The notes beneath the pieces are model-generated. The model saw only the letters and a program-made list of their open reading frames with translations, ran no database searches and was not told the origin of the DNA. Shown here one piece after another: positions 11,912 to 23,987 of a DNA stretch of 64,000 nt. Origin of the DNA: Patellaria atrata CBS 101060 (Eukaryota); NCBI GenBank assembly GCA_010093705.1, contig MU006092.1, positions 378,623 through 442,622 on the forward strand, given 5' to 3'. The position numbers and the translations under genes are program-made. Within the stretch, counting starts at the first letter, position 1. Each line of letters begins with the position of its first letter.

Positions 11912-14443
11912 ATGTTCAGTTTCCTGTTTTTCGCGTCTTTTGGCCTAGTTGCTGCTGAGAACGGTTTGGATGGTTGGTTGCGATATGCTCCCTTACCCTC
12001 CGCCGACAGCTATCATGATGGTATCCCTTCGAAAATTGTCGCCTTGAACGATACAAAGATTAGCCCTGTTTACACAGCTGGACAGGAACTGCAGCAAGGC
12101 ATAAGTGGTATTTTCGGCAAGGAACTCGACGTCCAGTACGATGACTGTACTTCATTTTCCTCCATCGTTGTTGGAACCGTTGAGGAATACAGCAATGGCG
12201 GTGGCGAAACCGATGACATTCCTGAGCTTGAAGCGGATGGTTTCTACCTCAGCGTTGATGGCGACTCAGTAAAGATCCTAGGTCAAAATGAACGTGGTGC
12301 TCTATATGGCGCTTTCGAATACCTCTCCCTACTTGCTCAGGGGAACACATCTGAGTTTTCATATGCTTCGAATCCTTCTGCTCCAATTCGATGGATAAAC
12401 CAATGGGACAATTTGGTTTCTGGTGGTACCCATGGCAGCGTTGAACGAGGTTACGGAGGACCTTCTATTTTCTACAAGGACGGTTACATCAAAGAAGACC
12501 AAACGCGTGCTGCTCAGTATGCTCGACTTCTGGCCTCTATCGGCGTTAACGCTGTCGTTGTTAACAATGTCAACGCCAATGCATCATTCTTGACTGAAGC
12601 TAATATGGACGGACTCAAACGAATCGCTGACGTATTCCGACCGTATGGTGTTCAATTGGGTCTTTCACTATTCTTCGCTTCCCCTAAAGACCTCGGTGGC
12701 CTTGACACTTTTGATCCCCTGGACGAATCAGTGGTCGAATGGTGGCACGACGTGACCGACAAGCTCTACCGCCGCATCCCCGATATGGCTGGCTACCTCG
12801 TCAAAGCTAACTCGGAGGGTCAGCCTGGCCCCTTCACTTACAATCGTACGCTTGCCGACGCTGCGAACCTCTTTGCCAAAACAGTCAAGCCTTACGGTGG
12901 CGTTTGCATGTTCCGTGCATTTGTTTATGACCACACCACTCTTAACCAAACACTTGACTGGAAAGCCGACCGCGCCAATGCCGCCGTGGAGTTTTTCAAG
13001 GAGCTAGATGGCCAGTTCATGGATAACGTCGTCGTGCAGATCAAGTATGGTCCAATCGACTTCCAGGTCCGCGAACCCGTTTCTCCCCTATTTGCCAACT
13101 TACTGGAGACGAATACCGCCATCGAACTACAGATCACACAGGAATACCTTGGTCAGCAAGCCCATGTAGTCTACCTCCCACCCCTTTGGAAGACGATCCT
13201 CGACTTTGATCTCCGTGTCGAAGGCCAACCTTCCCTAACCCGTGAAATCGTCTCCGGCGCCCGTTTCAAGCGGCCCCTTGGTGGCTACGCCGGTGTCGCG
13301 AACGTCGGTACCAACACTACCTGGCTCGGCTCCCATCTTGCGATGTCGAATCTATATGCCTACGGTCGGCTGGCCTGGGATCCGACACATTCTTCGGAAA
13401 GATTAGTACAAGATTGGACCCGACTCACTTTCGGGCTTGATTCCAGCGTCGTCGACACAATCACCCAGCTGAGTCTAGAGTCTTGGCCCGCGTACGAGAA
13501 CTACACCGGCAATCTCGGAATCCAGACACTCACGGACATCCTCTTCGGCCACTACGGGCCCAACCCGGCCTCTCAAGACGGCAATCCCTGGGGCCAGTGG
13601 ACGCGCGCAGACAACGACTCCATCGGTATGGACCGCACGGTCTGGAACGGCACCGGCTTTGCAGGCCAATACCCCGCCGAAGTCGCAGCAATGTACGAAG
13701 ACATCGAAACGACACCCGACGACCTCCTACTCTGGTTCCACCACGTGCCTTATACGCAACGCCTCAAGTCCGGCAAGACGGTCATCCAGCACTTCTACGA
13801 CGCGCACTACGCAGGCTCCGCAACCGCGCAAACCTTCGTCTCATTGTGGGAGTCGCTGAAGGGGAAAATCGACGACCAGCGCTACGAGGAGCAGCTGTTC
13901 AGACTGAAATACCAAGCCGGGCACTCCCTCGTCTGGCGCGACGCCGTCAACGGCTTCTATCACTCCCTCAGCGGGATCGCGGACGAGAAAGGGAGGGTAG
14001 GAAATTACTCCTGGCGCATCGAGGCCGAGAACATGACCCTCGAAGGTTACGAGCCTTATTCCGTCCATCCCCCCTCCATGGCCTCCGAGACCCGCGCCAT
14101 CGTCACGAGCTCCAATTCCACCCAGGGCACAGCGAGCGCCGTTCTGTCCGTCAAACCGGGGACGTACAACCTCGCGGTGAATTACTTCGATTTGGCGATC
14201 GGGAGGAGCAAGTGGGAGGTTTTCCTGAACGAGGAGAGTGTGGGGAGCTGGGAGGGCGATAGCGAGTATGTCCTCGGTCACGCGCCGAGCTTTTATCTCG
14301 ACGGCACGTCCGCCACGCGTATCACGTTTGAGAACGTCGAGGTTGGGAATGGGGATTTGTTGAAGATTGTGGGTGTGCCGGATGGAGAGGAGCCGGCGCC
14401 GTTGGATTATGTGAGTCTTTTGCCTGTGGGGATTGTTGATTAG
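11912..14443 (+). CDS. aguA: Alpha-glucuronidase, GH67, secreted
   Basis: 843 aa intronless ORF with a signal peptide. Motifs ENGLDGWLRY, RWINQWDN, VKANSEGQPGP, QIKYGPIDFQVREP and ELQITQEYLGQ are diagnostic of GH67. Confidence 0.96.
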   Translation: MFSFLFFASFGLVAAENGLDGWLRYAPLPSADSYHDGIPSKIVALNDTKISPVYTAGQELQQGISGIFGKELDVQYDDCTSFSSIVVGTVEEYSNGGGETDDIPELEADGFYLSVDGDSVKILGQNERGALYGAFEYLSLLAQGNTSEFSYASNPSAPIRWINQWDNLVSGGTHGSVERGYGGPSIFYKDGYIKEDQTRAAQYARLLASIGVNAVVVNNVNANASFLTEANMDGLKRIADVFRPYGVQLGLSLFFASPKDLGGLDTFDPLDESVVEWWHDVTDKLYRRIPDMAGYLVKANSEGQPGPFTYNRTLADAANLFAKTVKPYGGVCMFRAFVYDHTTLNQTLDWKADRANAAVEFFKELDGQFMDNVVVQIKYGPIDFQVREPVSPLFANLLETNTAIELQITQEYLGQQAHVVYLPPLWKTILDFDLRVEGQPSLTREIVSGARFKRPLGGYAGVANVGTNTTWLGSHLAMSNLYAYGRLAWDPTHSSERLVQDWTRLTFGLDSSVVDTITQLSLESWPAYENYTGNLGIQTLTDILFGHYGPNPASQDGNPWGQWTRADNDSIGMDRTVWNGTGFAGQYPAEVAAMYEDIETTPDDLLLWFHHVPYTQRLKSGKTVIQHFYDAHYAGSATAQTFVSLWESLKGKIDDQRYEEQLFRLKYQAGHSLVWRDAVNGFYHSLSGIADEKGRVGNYSWRIEAENMTLEGYEPYSVHPPSMASETRAIVTSSNSTQGTASAVLSVKPGTYNLAVNYFDLAIGRSKWEVFLNEESVGSWEGDSEYVLGHAPSFYLDGTSATRITFENVEVGNGDLLKIVGVPDGEEPAPLDYVSLLPVGIVD

Positions 14444-14962
14444 AGGGCGTGTGGATGGAGGTGGGTGAATAGTTGTGTATGTGTACATTAATGCAAAAGG
14501 GTATCGGTCTCGGTATCAGTGCCTGGTACTCTTACGTGACTCGAAATCTGAAGACGTAGATATCCCGGTGCATATTCAACCCCAAGAACCCTCAAACACC
14601 CGGTTCCTAATAGCGCCTCATTCGAAACAGCACGCGGTGAGGGATAATAAGGTTAACACCGATAGCAGCCACACCTTCATGGCAACGAGTGTCCACATCC
14701 CCACTACATGAAAAAGACCATCCAGTCAACAGTGCCAAAGCCAACAGTCTAGATTTCGTTCAAAGGTGTCCGTATCTTGAGGTTTCCGGTGAACATGATC
14801 TTAATTCCCATCTATCTAACACCCGGTCCTATCAGATCCCGATCCATAAATCTTAAGTTAAACACCACGCTTGACAAAACCTAACAGATAGCCCACCCAC
14901 ACACATCAAAGTAGGAACCACAATACAAACACTCCACAGATGCCAGACATGACCCAACCGAA

Positions 14963-17950
14963 TCACATCTCCCCATCCTTCTCCTCATGCTTTCCATCCC
15001 CGCCCTCATCCCCATCAACCCCCTTCCCCATTTCCTCCTCTCTGTCGTCCGTACTGACCACACTCCTCCCATCCACATCCGCATTAACAACCCTCAACCT
15101 CTGCTTCGGCACCGAAAACATAATCTGGACCTCCCTCCCCCCCACCGCGGCCTCAACATCCCACTCCCCCTCATCCTCAATCTCTCTCCGCAATTCCAAC
15201 TCCCTCACCTCATCCTCCGGACTGCCCCAATCATCCCCGCTATTCCGTCTCCAGACGTTCCTCTCATCCCACGCGCTGGACCCCCGCCTCGCCTTGAAGC
15301 ATGCGGCATCCGACGCCGAGCGCCTTGGGACATGACCACGCGTGGGCGACTTGATGGGGGAAGACTCGCCGCTCGTGCGCGGGTGGGCGGGGAGGAGGAC
15401 GGTAGATGCCATGCTGTTAGCACGGTCTGTATTACCCGCCGATGAGGTGGCGCGGCTGATAGCACGACGCACGGTGCCCATCCAACTCAAGCGGCGTTCC
15501 CGGGTAGGACTTACAGCCGCGGAACCGGGAGACGGGTCTCTGTGACGGTCGTCGGGGGGTTCGAGGGGCGTTGGGCGACGGCCTGGGGGCCCGCCGAGGA
15601 GGGCCTCGCCTTCTTGTTGGAGCTGGAGGAAGGAGGTTTTGGCTGTTGTGAAGGAGTCGGCGCCGAGACTGTAGCCTGTGTTGGGCCGGGTGGAGGAGCG
15701 GTGCCCGGTTGGCGAGTGCGCTGAATTGGAAGAGCCGGCAGAATAGGATGTAGGGTAGGAGAGGTTGTCGCGGGCGTTGATGGTGCGGATGGAGACTGTG
15801 CGTGCGACGTCTATTGCTGCGCTGCTGGCGCCGGATCTTCCGGAGTTGGCTGAGATGTTGGATCGTACGGAGCGATCGCTTAGGGTGGATTCGGTTCGGT
15901 CGGATTTTGTAGGAGAGACTCTTCCAGTAACGGGATCAATACAGAACGCATTTTTACTGACATCTGCCGGGACGTTTTGAACTTGAACTGGTAGTGCAGG
16001 TGTTCGAGAGAGTTTCAAGGGACGACGGGGAATCATAAATTGCGAGTTGTGAGGTGGAGAATCTGGATCTCGGAATGGGTCAGATACGACAGACGCACGG
16101 TTACCGGTCTCGCTCATCTCAGGAGCTTTACCGGATACCGCTGTGTTTTGTACTTCATCATCTTCGTCGCATTCCTCAATTGGATGAATAACGGGCCCTC
16201 GAGGATCATCATTGCGAGGCGCGAGATGATATTGACCACGGCCTCCAAGACTCCGTCGAAGACCACGGGTAGGGCTGGGTACATCTACCAGTAACCCTGT
16301 GCGCTCTGCTTCGGAATTGCCTCTCCAAGCGCTTCCCACGGGTTGAGGTGATTTTAACCCTTGAGCAGAGCCAACCTCAGCATCATGATTATGATCAACT
16401 GATGAAAGTCTCCTAGTGATGCCTTCTAGCACGCGAAGACTCGATCCGGTGTAGTGGGTTCCCATGGATAGATTTCTTATGTGATTGTCACGCGCTTCGT
16501 GTCTCTTTTTCAGTCTTCTACGGTGCCAGAACCAAAAAATCAATATGACCCCTATTACCGCAAGGCCTACTCCTATTCCTACCCCTAAACCGGCTTTCTG
16601 GGAGGTTGTCGACAAAGGCCCACTCTGGGTCATTAATTGATCGTATGCATCGTTCACTGGGAAATCATACTCTGGGATCCACGCGTTAGAAGTGATGTTG
16701 TAGAACATGAATCCTGTATTTCTGTCTTGTGTGCTGCGTTTCGACTTAGAAGCTGTCGAGCTGGGTATCTTGTATCCTCCAACAACCATCATCACGCCAC
16801 CCGGGAGTATTACGGTATCATGACCGTATATGCCGCTTCCAGATGGAACTGATTCCCCTGATGTTACCGGGACAGTCCATTTCCATTGACCTCTACCGGG
16901 ATATCCGGCACTAATATCGAGGATGGCTAACTGTGGTTGTGCCGCCGTACTGGTGTCTCCAACCCAACCGCCAAACAGGATGATACTCTTTCTGTCAGGA
17001 CCGAGTACAGCAGTATGGCCAGATCTAGGTTCTATCTCCGTGAGATCAGACCTGACGGTCAGATCCGTATGTTCATCCGATATCTGAGCGATTGGTATGA
17101 AGGTCCAGGCCTCTTGAGGAAGGGAGAAAATTGCGACCTGGGACATGTTGATAAAAGCTTGTTGTGTATGTCCCCCGAGAAGAACAAAATCCTGCTGTTG
17201 GTTTCGTACGCTGTCGGTACCGTTTGAGTAAGTCGGTTCCAGGGGGGTAATACTGAATCCCGCCTCCGGGATGGGTGCACCACGGCTGGTACTGAGGGTC
17301 AGACCATAGCCCGGAATCTCCGCAGTACTTGAGACGGGTTCAAAAGTGAGCAAGGAATTTGAATAATTGGCCGAAGATTGCCACTCTTGTTCGGAAGCAT
17401 CAGCGTATGGACACATCCCACCAAAGACATATATGCTCATCCCAAATTCGTCATCAACGATGGGCGAGAAGGAGATACTAGCTGCCAAGAAATTTGCAGC
17501 ACCCAAATCTTGATACGCATCCTCCGTGATAGTAGCCTGTACCCAAGTCCCATTGCCTTGCTCTTCACCCTCCTTTGGTATGAACCTCCATAACTGCGAT
17601 CCGCCGGCTTCTAACTTGCAATGTCCACTATGTACTACAATACTTCCGTCTGTACTCATAACCGCATTGTATGCAACTGCACCATTGTCTCCCAAGGAAA
17701 TTGGTATGGAGTCATATAGAATCTTACTCGAGGGCGTCGAAGAGTCTATCCGTGAGTCAAAATAGATACTGGAAAGTTGTATCTGACTACCGGGCGTTCC
17801 AGGCTCTTCAAGTACGTATAACAGGTGTTGAGTTTTGTTTGGCGAGAGGAATACCCGAGTTGGATTGTACGGGAGGTTTGCGGTGCATTGGGGTACGAGT
17901 AGACCTAGTAAGGCCAATAGAAGAAGCCTGAACGGTGTATGCGACCTCAT
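14963..17950 (-). CDS. Kelch/galactose-oxidase-type beta-propeller single-pass membrane protein
   Basis: 995 aa ORF with a signal peptide, kelch motifs (YVFGGMC, LLGGH, PRSGHTAV, LFGGW), a TM helix GLGVGIGVGLAVIGVILIFWFW followed by RRR, and a long low-complexity cytosolic tail. Confidence 0.85.
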   Translation of the reverse strand: MRSHTPFRLLLLALLGLLVPQCTANLPYNPTRVFLSPNKTQHLLYVLEEPGTPGSQIQLSSIYFDSRIDSSTPSSKILYDSIPISLGDNGAVAYNAVMSTDGSIVVHSGHCKLEAGGSQLWRFIPKEGEEQGNGTWVQATITEDAYQDLGAANFLAASISFSPIVDDEFGMSIYVFGGMCPYADASEQEWQSSANYSNSLLTFEPVSSTAEIPGYGLTLSTSRGAPIPEAGFSITPLEPTYSNGTDSVRNQQQDFVLLGGHTQQAFINMSQVAIFSLPQEAWTFIPIAQISDEHTDLTVRSDLTEIEPRSGHTAVLGPDRKSIILFGGWVGDTSTAAQPQLAILDISAGYPGRGQWKWTVPVTSGESVPSGSGIYGHDTVILPGGVMMVVGGYKIPSSTASKSKRSTQDRNTGFMFYNITSNAWIPEYDFPVNDAYDQLMTQSGPLSTTSQKAGLGVGIGVGLAVIGVILIFWFWHRRRLKKRHEARDNHIRNLSMGTHYTGSSLRVLEGITRRLSSVDHNHDAEVGSAQGLKSPQPVGSAWRGNSEAERTGLLVDVPSPTRGLRRSLGGRGQYHLAPRNDDPRGPVIHPIEECDEDDEVQNTAVSGKAPEMSETGNRASVVSDPFRDPDSPPHNSQFMIPRRPLKLSRTPALPVQVQNVPADVSKNAFCIDPVTGRVSPTKSDRTESTLSDRSVRSNISANSGRSGASSAAIDVARTVSIRTINARDNLSYPTSYSAGSSNSAHSPTGHRSSTRPNTGYSLGADSFTTAKTSFLQLQQEGEALLGGPPGRRPTPLEPPDDRHRDPSPGSAAVSPTRERRLSWMGTVRRAISRATSSAGNTDRANSMASTVLLPAHPRTSGESSPIKSPTRGHVPRRSASDAACFKARRGSSAWDERNVWRRNSGDDWGSPEDEVRELELRREIEDEGEWDVEAAVGGREVQIMFSVPKQRLRVVNADVDGRSVVSTDDREEEMGKGVDGDEGGDGKHEEKDGEM

Positions 17951-19051
17951 CTCTGGAATATTGAGGTCCAGTATCGATCTGTCCGTGTGGAGATCAAGGT
18001 TCGCAATTATTGCACATTCTCGTATCTTGCACCCAGCTTGTCACAGAGTGTACTTATTCCATAAGCGCGAAAGAAGGTATTGTGATAACCTTGAAGAAAC
18101 CTTAGAGTTGAAATGAAAGTAAGAACAGAAGTAAATGGTGACAATATCCAGTAAAGATGAGGAATTTGAGGTTTACAGGTGGTCGCAGATGAGGTCTGGT
18201 GAATAAACACCCGCCCGGTACCAGCCCGCAGTTGCGCAAGCTGAATCAGCCCCGCCAAGCACGAGCAGTTCTGAGCGGTTCTTAGAAGGAAGCTAAAGAT
18301 ATAAAGACACCAATTAAAGGTGGTAGCGAGTATCCGTGTACGGACGTGATGAAAGGCCTGATCGGGATGGCGGAATAGGCGGGGAATGGGCTGTGGGGCT
18401 GTTTGTTTGGGTTGTCGTTGCCATTAGCAACCGATATCCGAGGCTGGACGCTAATCGATAAGATAACGAACAATCCATCCCGTCTCACCTCCGTTTCTTC
18501 CCCTCCAACCTCTCCACTCTTCTCAGATTCCAGACATAGTTCATACCTATCTGGCATCTAGGAGGCTGGATATTGACAGATCAATATTAGAACCGCGTAT
18601 AGTACATTTATTAGTACAGTAGCACGCTGGTTCACCTGATAAGTGCCGTCACACCTAAAGCTCTCACTCTTTGTTACCGTTTGGACGGGTGTTGATACCG
18701 ATTCCGTGAGATGCATTTGAATCTTATCATTGCCGCTTTTGCAATTCGATCGCGTTTTTGATCGTCTTCCAGCCCTTCGTCCAATCTTCCTCCCTCCGCG
18801 TGTGAGGCAGATCGTCAGCCATCCCGCGCGGCATTGGACCCCGCAACGCGGCTTATGGACGGCCCTTGGATCATCCCACAGGCACATTCCAGAAAAGATG
18901 ACGGGATTCACCTTGACAAGGCACTTGTGGAACGATAAGGACCACAAAGCAACGATGGAATTTCCTTTTTAAACTTCGTGACCTGCTCCATTTTCATGGA
19001 GCTGTAGGCCACCTATATCCTTTTGCACTTAGTATCATACCCAACGTCACT

Positions 19052-19987
19052 ATGGAAGAGCAGCTGGAACGATTGGTGAATAAAGTCTGGGGTAAGTCAA
19101 CCACATATTCGCACTATGCATTCCATCTCTACGAGCATCGAGTTACTGACTATCTAAACTCGCCACAGACAAATACGAACAGACGCCCAGAGCGAAACGG
19201 CTCATGATCGCGGTGGCCGGCATCCCAGGCTCAGGTACAGGAACATCCCACCTCACACCACCCTCATCCCAACACGCACCCCCCTTCCTCCCTCTTCCCT
19301 TACCCAAAACCTAACATAAACCCAACAGGCAAAACCACCCTCGCGGCAGCGCTAATAAAGCGCCTCAACGCGCGCTACCGCGAAACCAGCCCGGGCACCT
19401 CCCAAGGCAACCTCATCGCGGCCTTCATCCCCATGGACGGCTACCACCTCACGCGTGCCCAACTGAGCGCAATGCCGGACCCGGTGACCGCGCACGCCCG
19501 GCGTGGCGCCGTCTTCACCTTCGACGGCTCCGCCTACCTCGCCCTCGTCAAGAGGCTCCGCGAGCCCATCTGCGCCGAAACAACGACGCTCTACGCGCCG
19601 AGCTTCGACCACAAGATCAAAGATCCCGTCGAAGGCGACATCGCCATCGCGAAGGGCCACCGCATCGTCGTGTTCGAGGGGAACTACTGCGCGCTGGACT
19701 TGCCGCCGTGGCGGGAGGCGGCCGGGCTTATGGATGAGCTGTGGTTCGTTGATGTGGGGTTCGAGGTTGCGAAGCGTAGGCTCGTTGCGAGACATGTGCG
19801 CGCGGGGATTTCGAGGGATGAGGAGGAGGCGGGACGGAGGGTTGAGGGGAATGATTTGGTTAATGGCAGGCAGATTTGTGAGGTGAGGTTGCCGATTGAT
19901 GAGATGATTGCTAGCGTGGAGGATGAGGGGTGGAGTTGGAAGAGGCAGGAGGATGAACACGATTTGGATCCTAAGGTGCAGCGTTAG
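19052..19987 (+). CDS. P-loop kinase, phosphoribulokinase/uridine kinase family (Yfh7-like)
   Basis: Introns 19092-19168 and 19235-19328 restore the Walker A motif AGIPGSGKTT. Also contains PMDGYH, RRGAVFTFD, PSFDHKIKDP and EGNY. Confidence 0.9.
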
Positions 19988-20593
19988 ACCGTGCCGTGGC
20001 GTTGGGTCTGCTTGCTTTGCTTTTTGTCGCGCGAGGTACGGTGTTTGGAGTGAAGAGGCGGGATAAGCGTTCGTGGAGTGTGGGTGAGGCATCACTTTCC
20101 AAATGAAAAGCTTGCATTGTCTCGAATCTAACCTAATCGACCTATCACTAATGAGAACATATACTACCCTTCTTAATTTTCAAGTTTCCGATCACTCAGC
20201 AATAAAAAAAAAGCATGCGTCTGAACCGAGCAACTCCATTCTCGAAGTATCGCAGATCTCCCATCCTCAAGGGTCCCTTAGGCAGGAGCACAGCAACATC
20301 AAGAGCGACGATCATGATACAATTCAAAACTCCGCTATCCATTTTCTAGGGAAAATTGGTATAGGACGCCATAGAGTCCTGCGCACTTCCATTGTAGAAT
20401 GGGCAAATACAGTGACGTCTGCGCAACTCGCACATCGAGCCAGCCACTCAGCACAGCACGACCTCTCATCTCCCCCGACGACGACCATGTTTCCACAGCA
20501 TACACACAAGAGCCTTCTTGAATGTTTTCCCCCATGTCCCAAACCGTCCACACCATCCCATACCCAACCATAGACTCACCCCACTCACCCTCC

Positions 20594-22251
20594 TCAATCA
20601 TACTCATCATAAGCATACGCGCCCCTCTCCCTCTGCGTCGAGCAAAACTCCTCACTAGCCAATCCCTCCTCCATCCTCCTAACCAACTGAACAGGATCCT
20701 TATGCCAATCGCACGCATAATCGCACTCAGGCCTGGCATCCTCCCCAAAATAATCACAGATAATCTGATGCCTACACCTGTTAGTCGCTTCACAATAGCC
20801 TACCAGCGCCTGCAGACTCTTCACCCTAGTCTCCGCCTTCTGCACTGCTGCCGCAGTGACTTTCGAAGTTTGCTGTCTCGCCACGTCTTTAGCCATGAGC
20901 TGGAACGCTCTGTCGCGGTCCTCGCGCCCATAATACAGTATGCAGACTGCTGCTTTGCCGTCGCGGCCCGCGCGGCCGGCTTCTTGGTAGAAGCCTTCGA
21001 AGGACTTGGGGATTTGCCAGTGGATTACGAAACGAACGTTTTCTTTGTCGATGCCCATGCCGAAGGCGGTAGTTGCGACGATGACGTCGTAGCCTTCTTT
21101 GTTTGCGACCCAGCCGGCGAGGTGGTCGTCTTTCTCGGGGGGGGGAAGGCCGGCGTGGTAGGGTTTTGCGCCGATGCCGTCGGAGCGGAGGCGGGCGGCG
21201 AGGGATTCGCAGTCGCGGCGGTAGAGGGTGTAGATGATGCCGGGAACGTTTGTTGTGCGCTGGTTCAGACTGGCGAGCTGTGCCGCTCGGTTTGAGCGAG
21301 CTGCTCGTCGAGAGTGCGTGGCGCGGATCCAGGAAAGGAAGTCGTCGTAGTGGTCCTCCTCGTCGGACTTGAAACGGACCTCGAAGTGAAGATTTGGGCG
21401 GCTAGTGGTCATGGTGAAGAGACGGAGTTTTCTGGGATCAAGTTCGAGGACGTTAAGGATGTCGTTTCTGACACGTTCAGTGGCTGTGGCGGTACAGCAT
21501 ATCATTGGGACGTCGGGGAATTCGCGTTTGAAGAAGGATAGGGACGTGAATGCTGGACGAAAGTCGTGACCCCATTCACTTATACAGCTGTATAGGGGTT
21601 AGATTATCATTGTATTTATGGTCGTCTACTTACTGGGCCTCGTCGATGGCGATTCGTGCAAGTTCTCTCTGCGAGTGGATGACCCTGAGAATCCTACGAA
21701 AGTGGTCCATCTGACAATATTCAGGAGTAACGTAGAGGAGACGGATATGTGGATGACCGCATTGTAAATCTTCGAGAATCTCCTTCCGAGTAGAAGAATT
21801 GGTACCGCTGTTGATAGTAGCTACTTTGATACTAGCAGCACGCATAGCTGCTACTTGGTTGTTCTAGTTTTCCTGTCAGCTAGTCCAGACCAACAGAGAC
21901 TGTTTTTCATACCATCAATGCTAGGAGCGGAGACACTACAATGGTGACTATATAAAGAGGTTAATCCAAATTTTCTGTGAGGTTTGAAGGGAGTATTACT
22001 CCCGTAATCTACTACTGCTGGTAACTGATAACACAGACTCTTGCCGAAAGACGTGGCAGCTTGGAGGAAAACATCATCACCCTCGAGAGCCGCAGCAATG
22101 ACTTCCCTCTGGACAGGTCTTTGGAGAATTAGAATTTGCATTATGTTTTGAGGATACTTGGGTCCGACCTGAACGTTGATTTTCCAAAGACTCGACGGAG
22201 TGTGAAGTCGATATCGATCACCCTCGACCTTACCTTCTTCTGTGGGGGCAT
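20594..22251 (-). CDS. Short RecQ-family DNA helicase (helicase core plus Zn-binding RQC part, no HRDC seen)
   Basis: ATG 22251 (MPPQKK...IDIDFTLRRVFGKSTFR); multi-intron. Motifs AATSFGKSLCYQLPA, YVTPE, DEAH/CISEWGHDFRP (intron-split), ATTAFGMGIDK, QEAGRAGRDG and CRHQ...CDYACD. Confidence 0.93.
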
Positions 22252-22881
22252 TGTGAGCTGAAATAAGAGACTGTTTTTGAACAGAGCCCGGTTTGCCTAA
22301 TGTACCCAAGGGTGTAAGGTGGAGGAAGGGTTTAGGAAGTCCTCATGGGTGAATGTGCTTATTGCATACTTCGAGAACCAGAACCTGAGCTCCGTCTCAT
22401 CAGGCTTCAACCTATATAATTCGACATTTCAGACGCGTCAAATTCATTATTGTCACGTTTTAACATTGTTTTTAGAAAGAGTAAAGTGAGAAGTTGGGAC
22501 GGGAAAGGCGCGCGATGTCACTGATAAACCGTTTTTTGATGCCAAGATCCGCTTTTGTATGGAACAGGATGATATTTAGTCAATCGATAACTTAAATTCG
22601 CAGTCTAGTACATTCTGCGAGATAAATTCGTATTGTTACGATCTCATTTGTTTCCAGGAGTCGTCAAATTGGATGTTCAACGTTCGATTGAACATTGAGA
22701 GCTGGGGTTAATGATCCAGTTATATCCTTGGCAGGGTCAGCCAACGGCAAGCGATCGGAGCTTGGTTGGACCTTTGAGTATCGCATTATCACTCCAGTCC
22801 TCCTTATTTCACGCCGGTCTGGAAGCCATTGACATTTAGGATCCGTTGTACCTTAATTTCATCGTTAGGTTGGGTATCACG

Positions 22882-23591
22882 ATGACCGTCGCAGGAGCAA
22901 AGGTATCTGCTTCCGCAGCGAAACAGGCTACTAAGTTCAAGGTACGGACGAACGTAGTCGTTCTATATCATTATATCCTAACAGTCTAGTAGAAGTACAC
23001 AGTGCAGCCAACGGGGATCTGGAAATACATCAACAAATTTCTCGCAGTCGATTCTAGTCGCTCCACCGGCATCCCTCTCAACCCTCAATTCCGAAATCCA
23101 CCACCGGGATCCAACGACCCAAATGCTTACGACGATCCGGTTACGGTTCCGGCAGCCGATCTTGCAGAGAACCCATACTGGAAGCGCGATGTACGGCGAC
23201 GGTATATGCAACCGAGTGTGGTGAAGCCGGCTGATGTGGTGGGGCTGTTGACGGTGGGAAGTAAGGCGAATCCTAAGGAAGAGGTGCTGAAGATAGGACA
23301 GGAGGGCCAGAAGCAGCTCGTTGCAGTGAAGGAAGAAGGGGAGAAAGGAGGGCTTGCGGCATTTTTTGAGAAGAACAAGGACGTTGCAAAGTCTGTGTTG
23401 GGACAGGATGGATTACCCCCGTTTCCCAGCGGATTGTCACCTTTATCATCAGAGGGGAAGAGGTATGAGATACTGGATGAGCAATCATATGACGGAAAGT
23501 ACGTTCATTTCATATCTTATAGTTCGATCCCTAAGGTGAATTGAACAACTACTGACTCACCTTTAGATATCCCTGTAGAACTTTCCAGTAA
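22882..23591 (+). CDS. NADH:ubiquinone oxidoreductase 21.3 kDa accessory subunit (fungal)
   Basis: Motifs KKYTVQPTGIW, RSTGIPLNPQFRNPPPG and DLAENPYWKRDVRR. Two introns; the last exon YPCRTFQ ends at TAA 23589-23591. Confidence 0.88.
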
Positions 23592-23987
23592 ATTCTAACA
23601 TCATCAATGACCGCTTAATCATGGAGTAGCATGATTTGTATATATTGAGATCATTTCATTATAGTAATCTGGACACAAGTTATCCACTCAAAATGTCTCT
23701 TGCTATTTTCCATAGGGGTTGCGAATAAGTTCAGGCAACACCCATAAACATCGTCTAAGCTAAGCTCAGAGTAAGATAATAAAAATCGAAGTGAAGTGCG
23801 TGGGGTAGGTAGTAAGGTACAGAAATGTTGAGATAGCGTAAGTTTCTAAGGAGGCGATGTATTTGGTGTACGCGTGCCTGCTTTATTTGGACTCTTTTCT
23901 ATCTTACCCATCTAGTCTTCTGCACCTCACCTCCTACCTCGATTCTCCTTCTCAACCATCATCTTCAATGCTAACATAAGTTTCAAT

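Noticed and set aside
13483..14488. Long alternative-frame and antisense ORFs over aguA (also 19352-20095, 20522-21295, 27743-28258)
   Set aside because: These are shadow ORFs caused by high GC3 in real genes and have no recognisable motifs.
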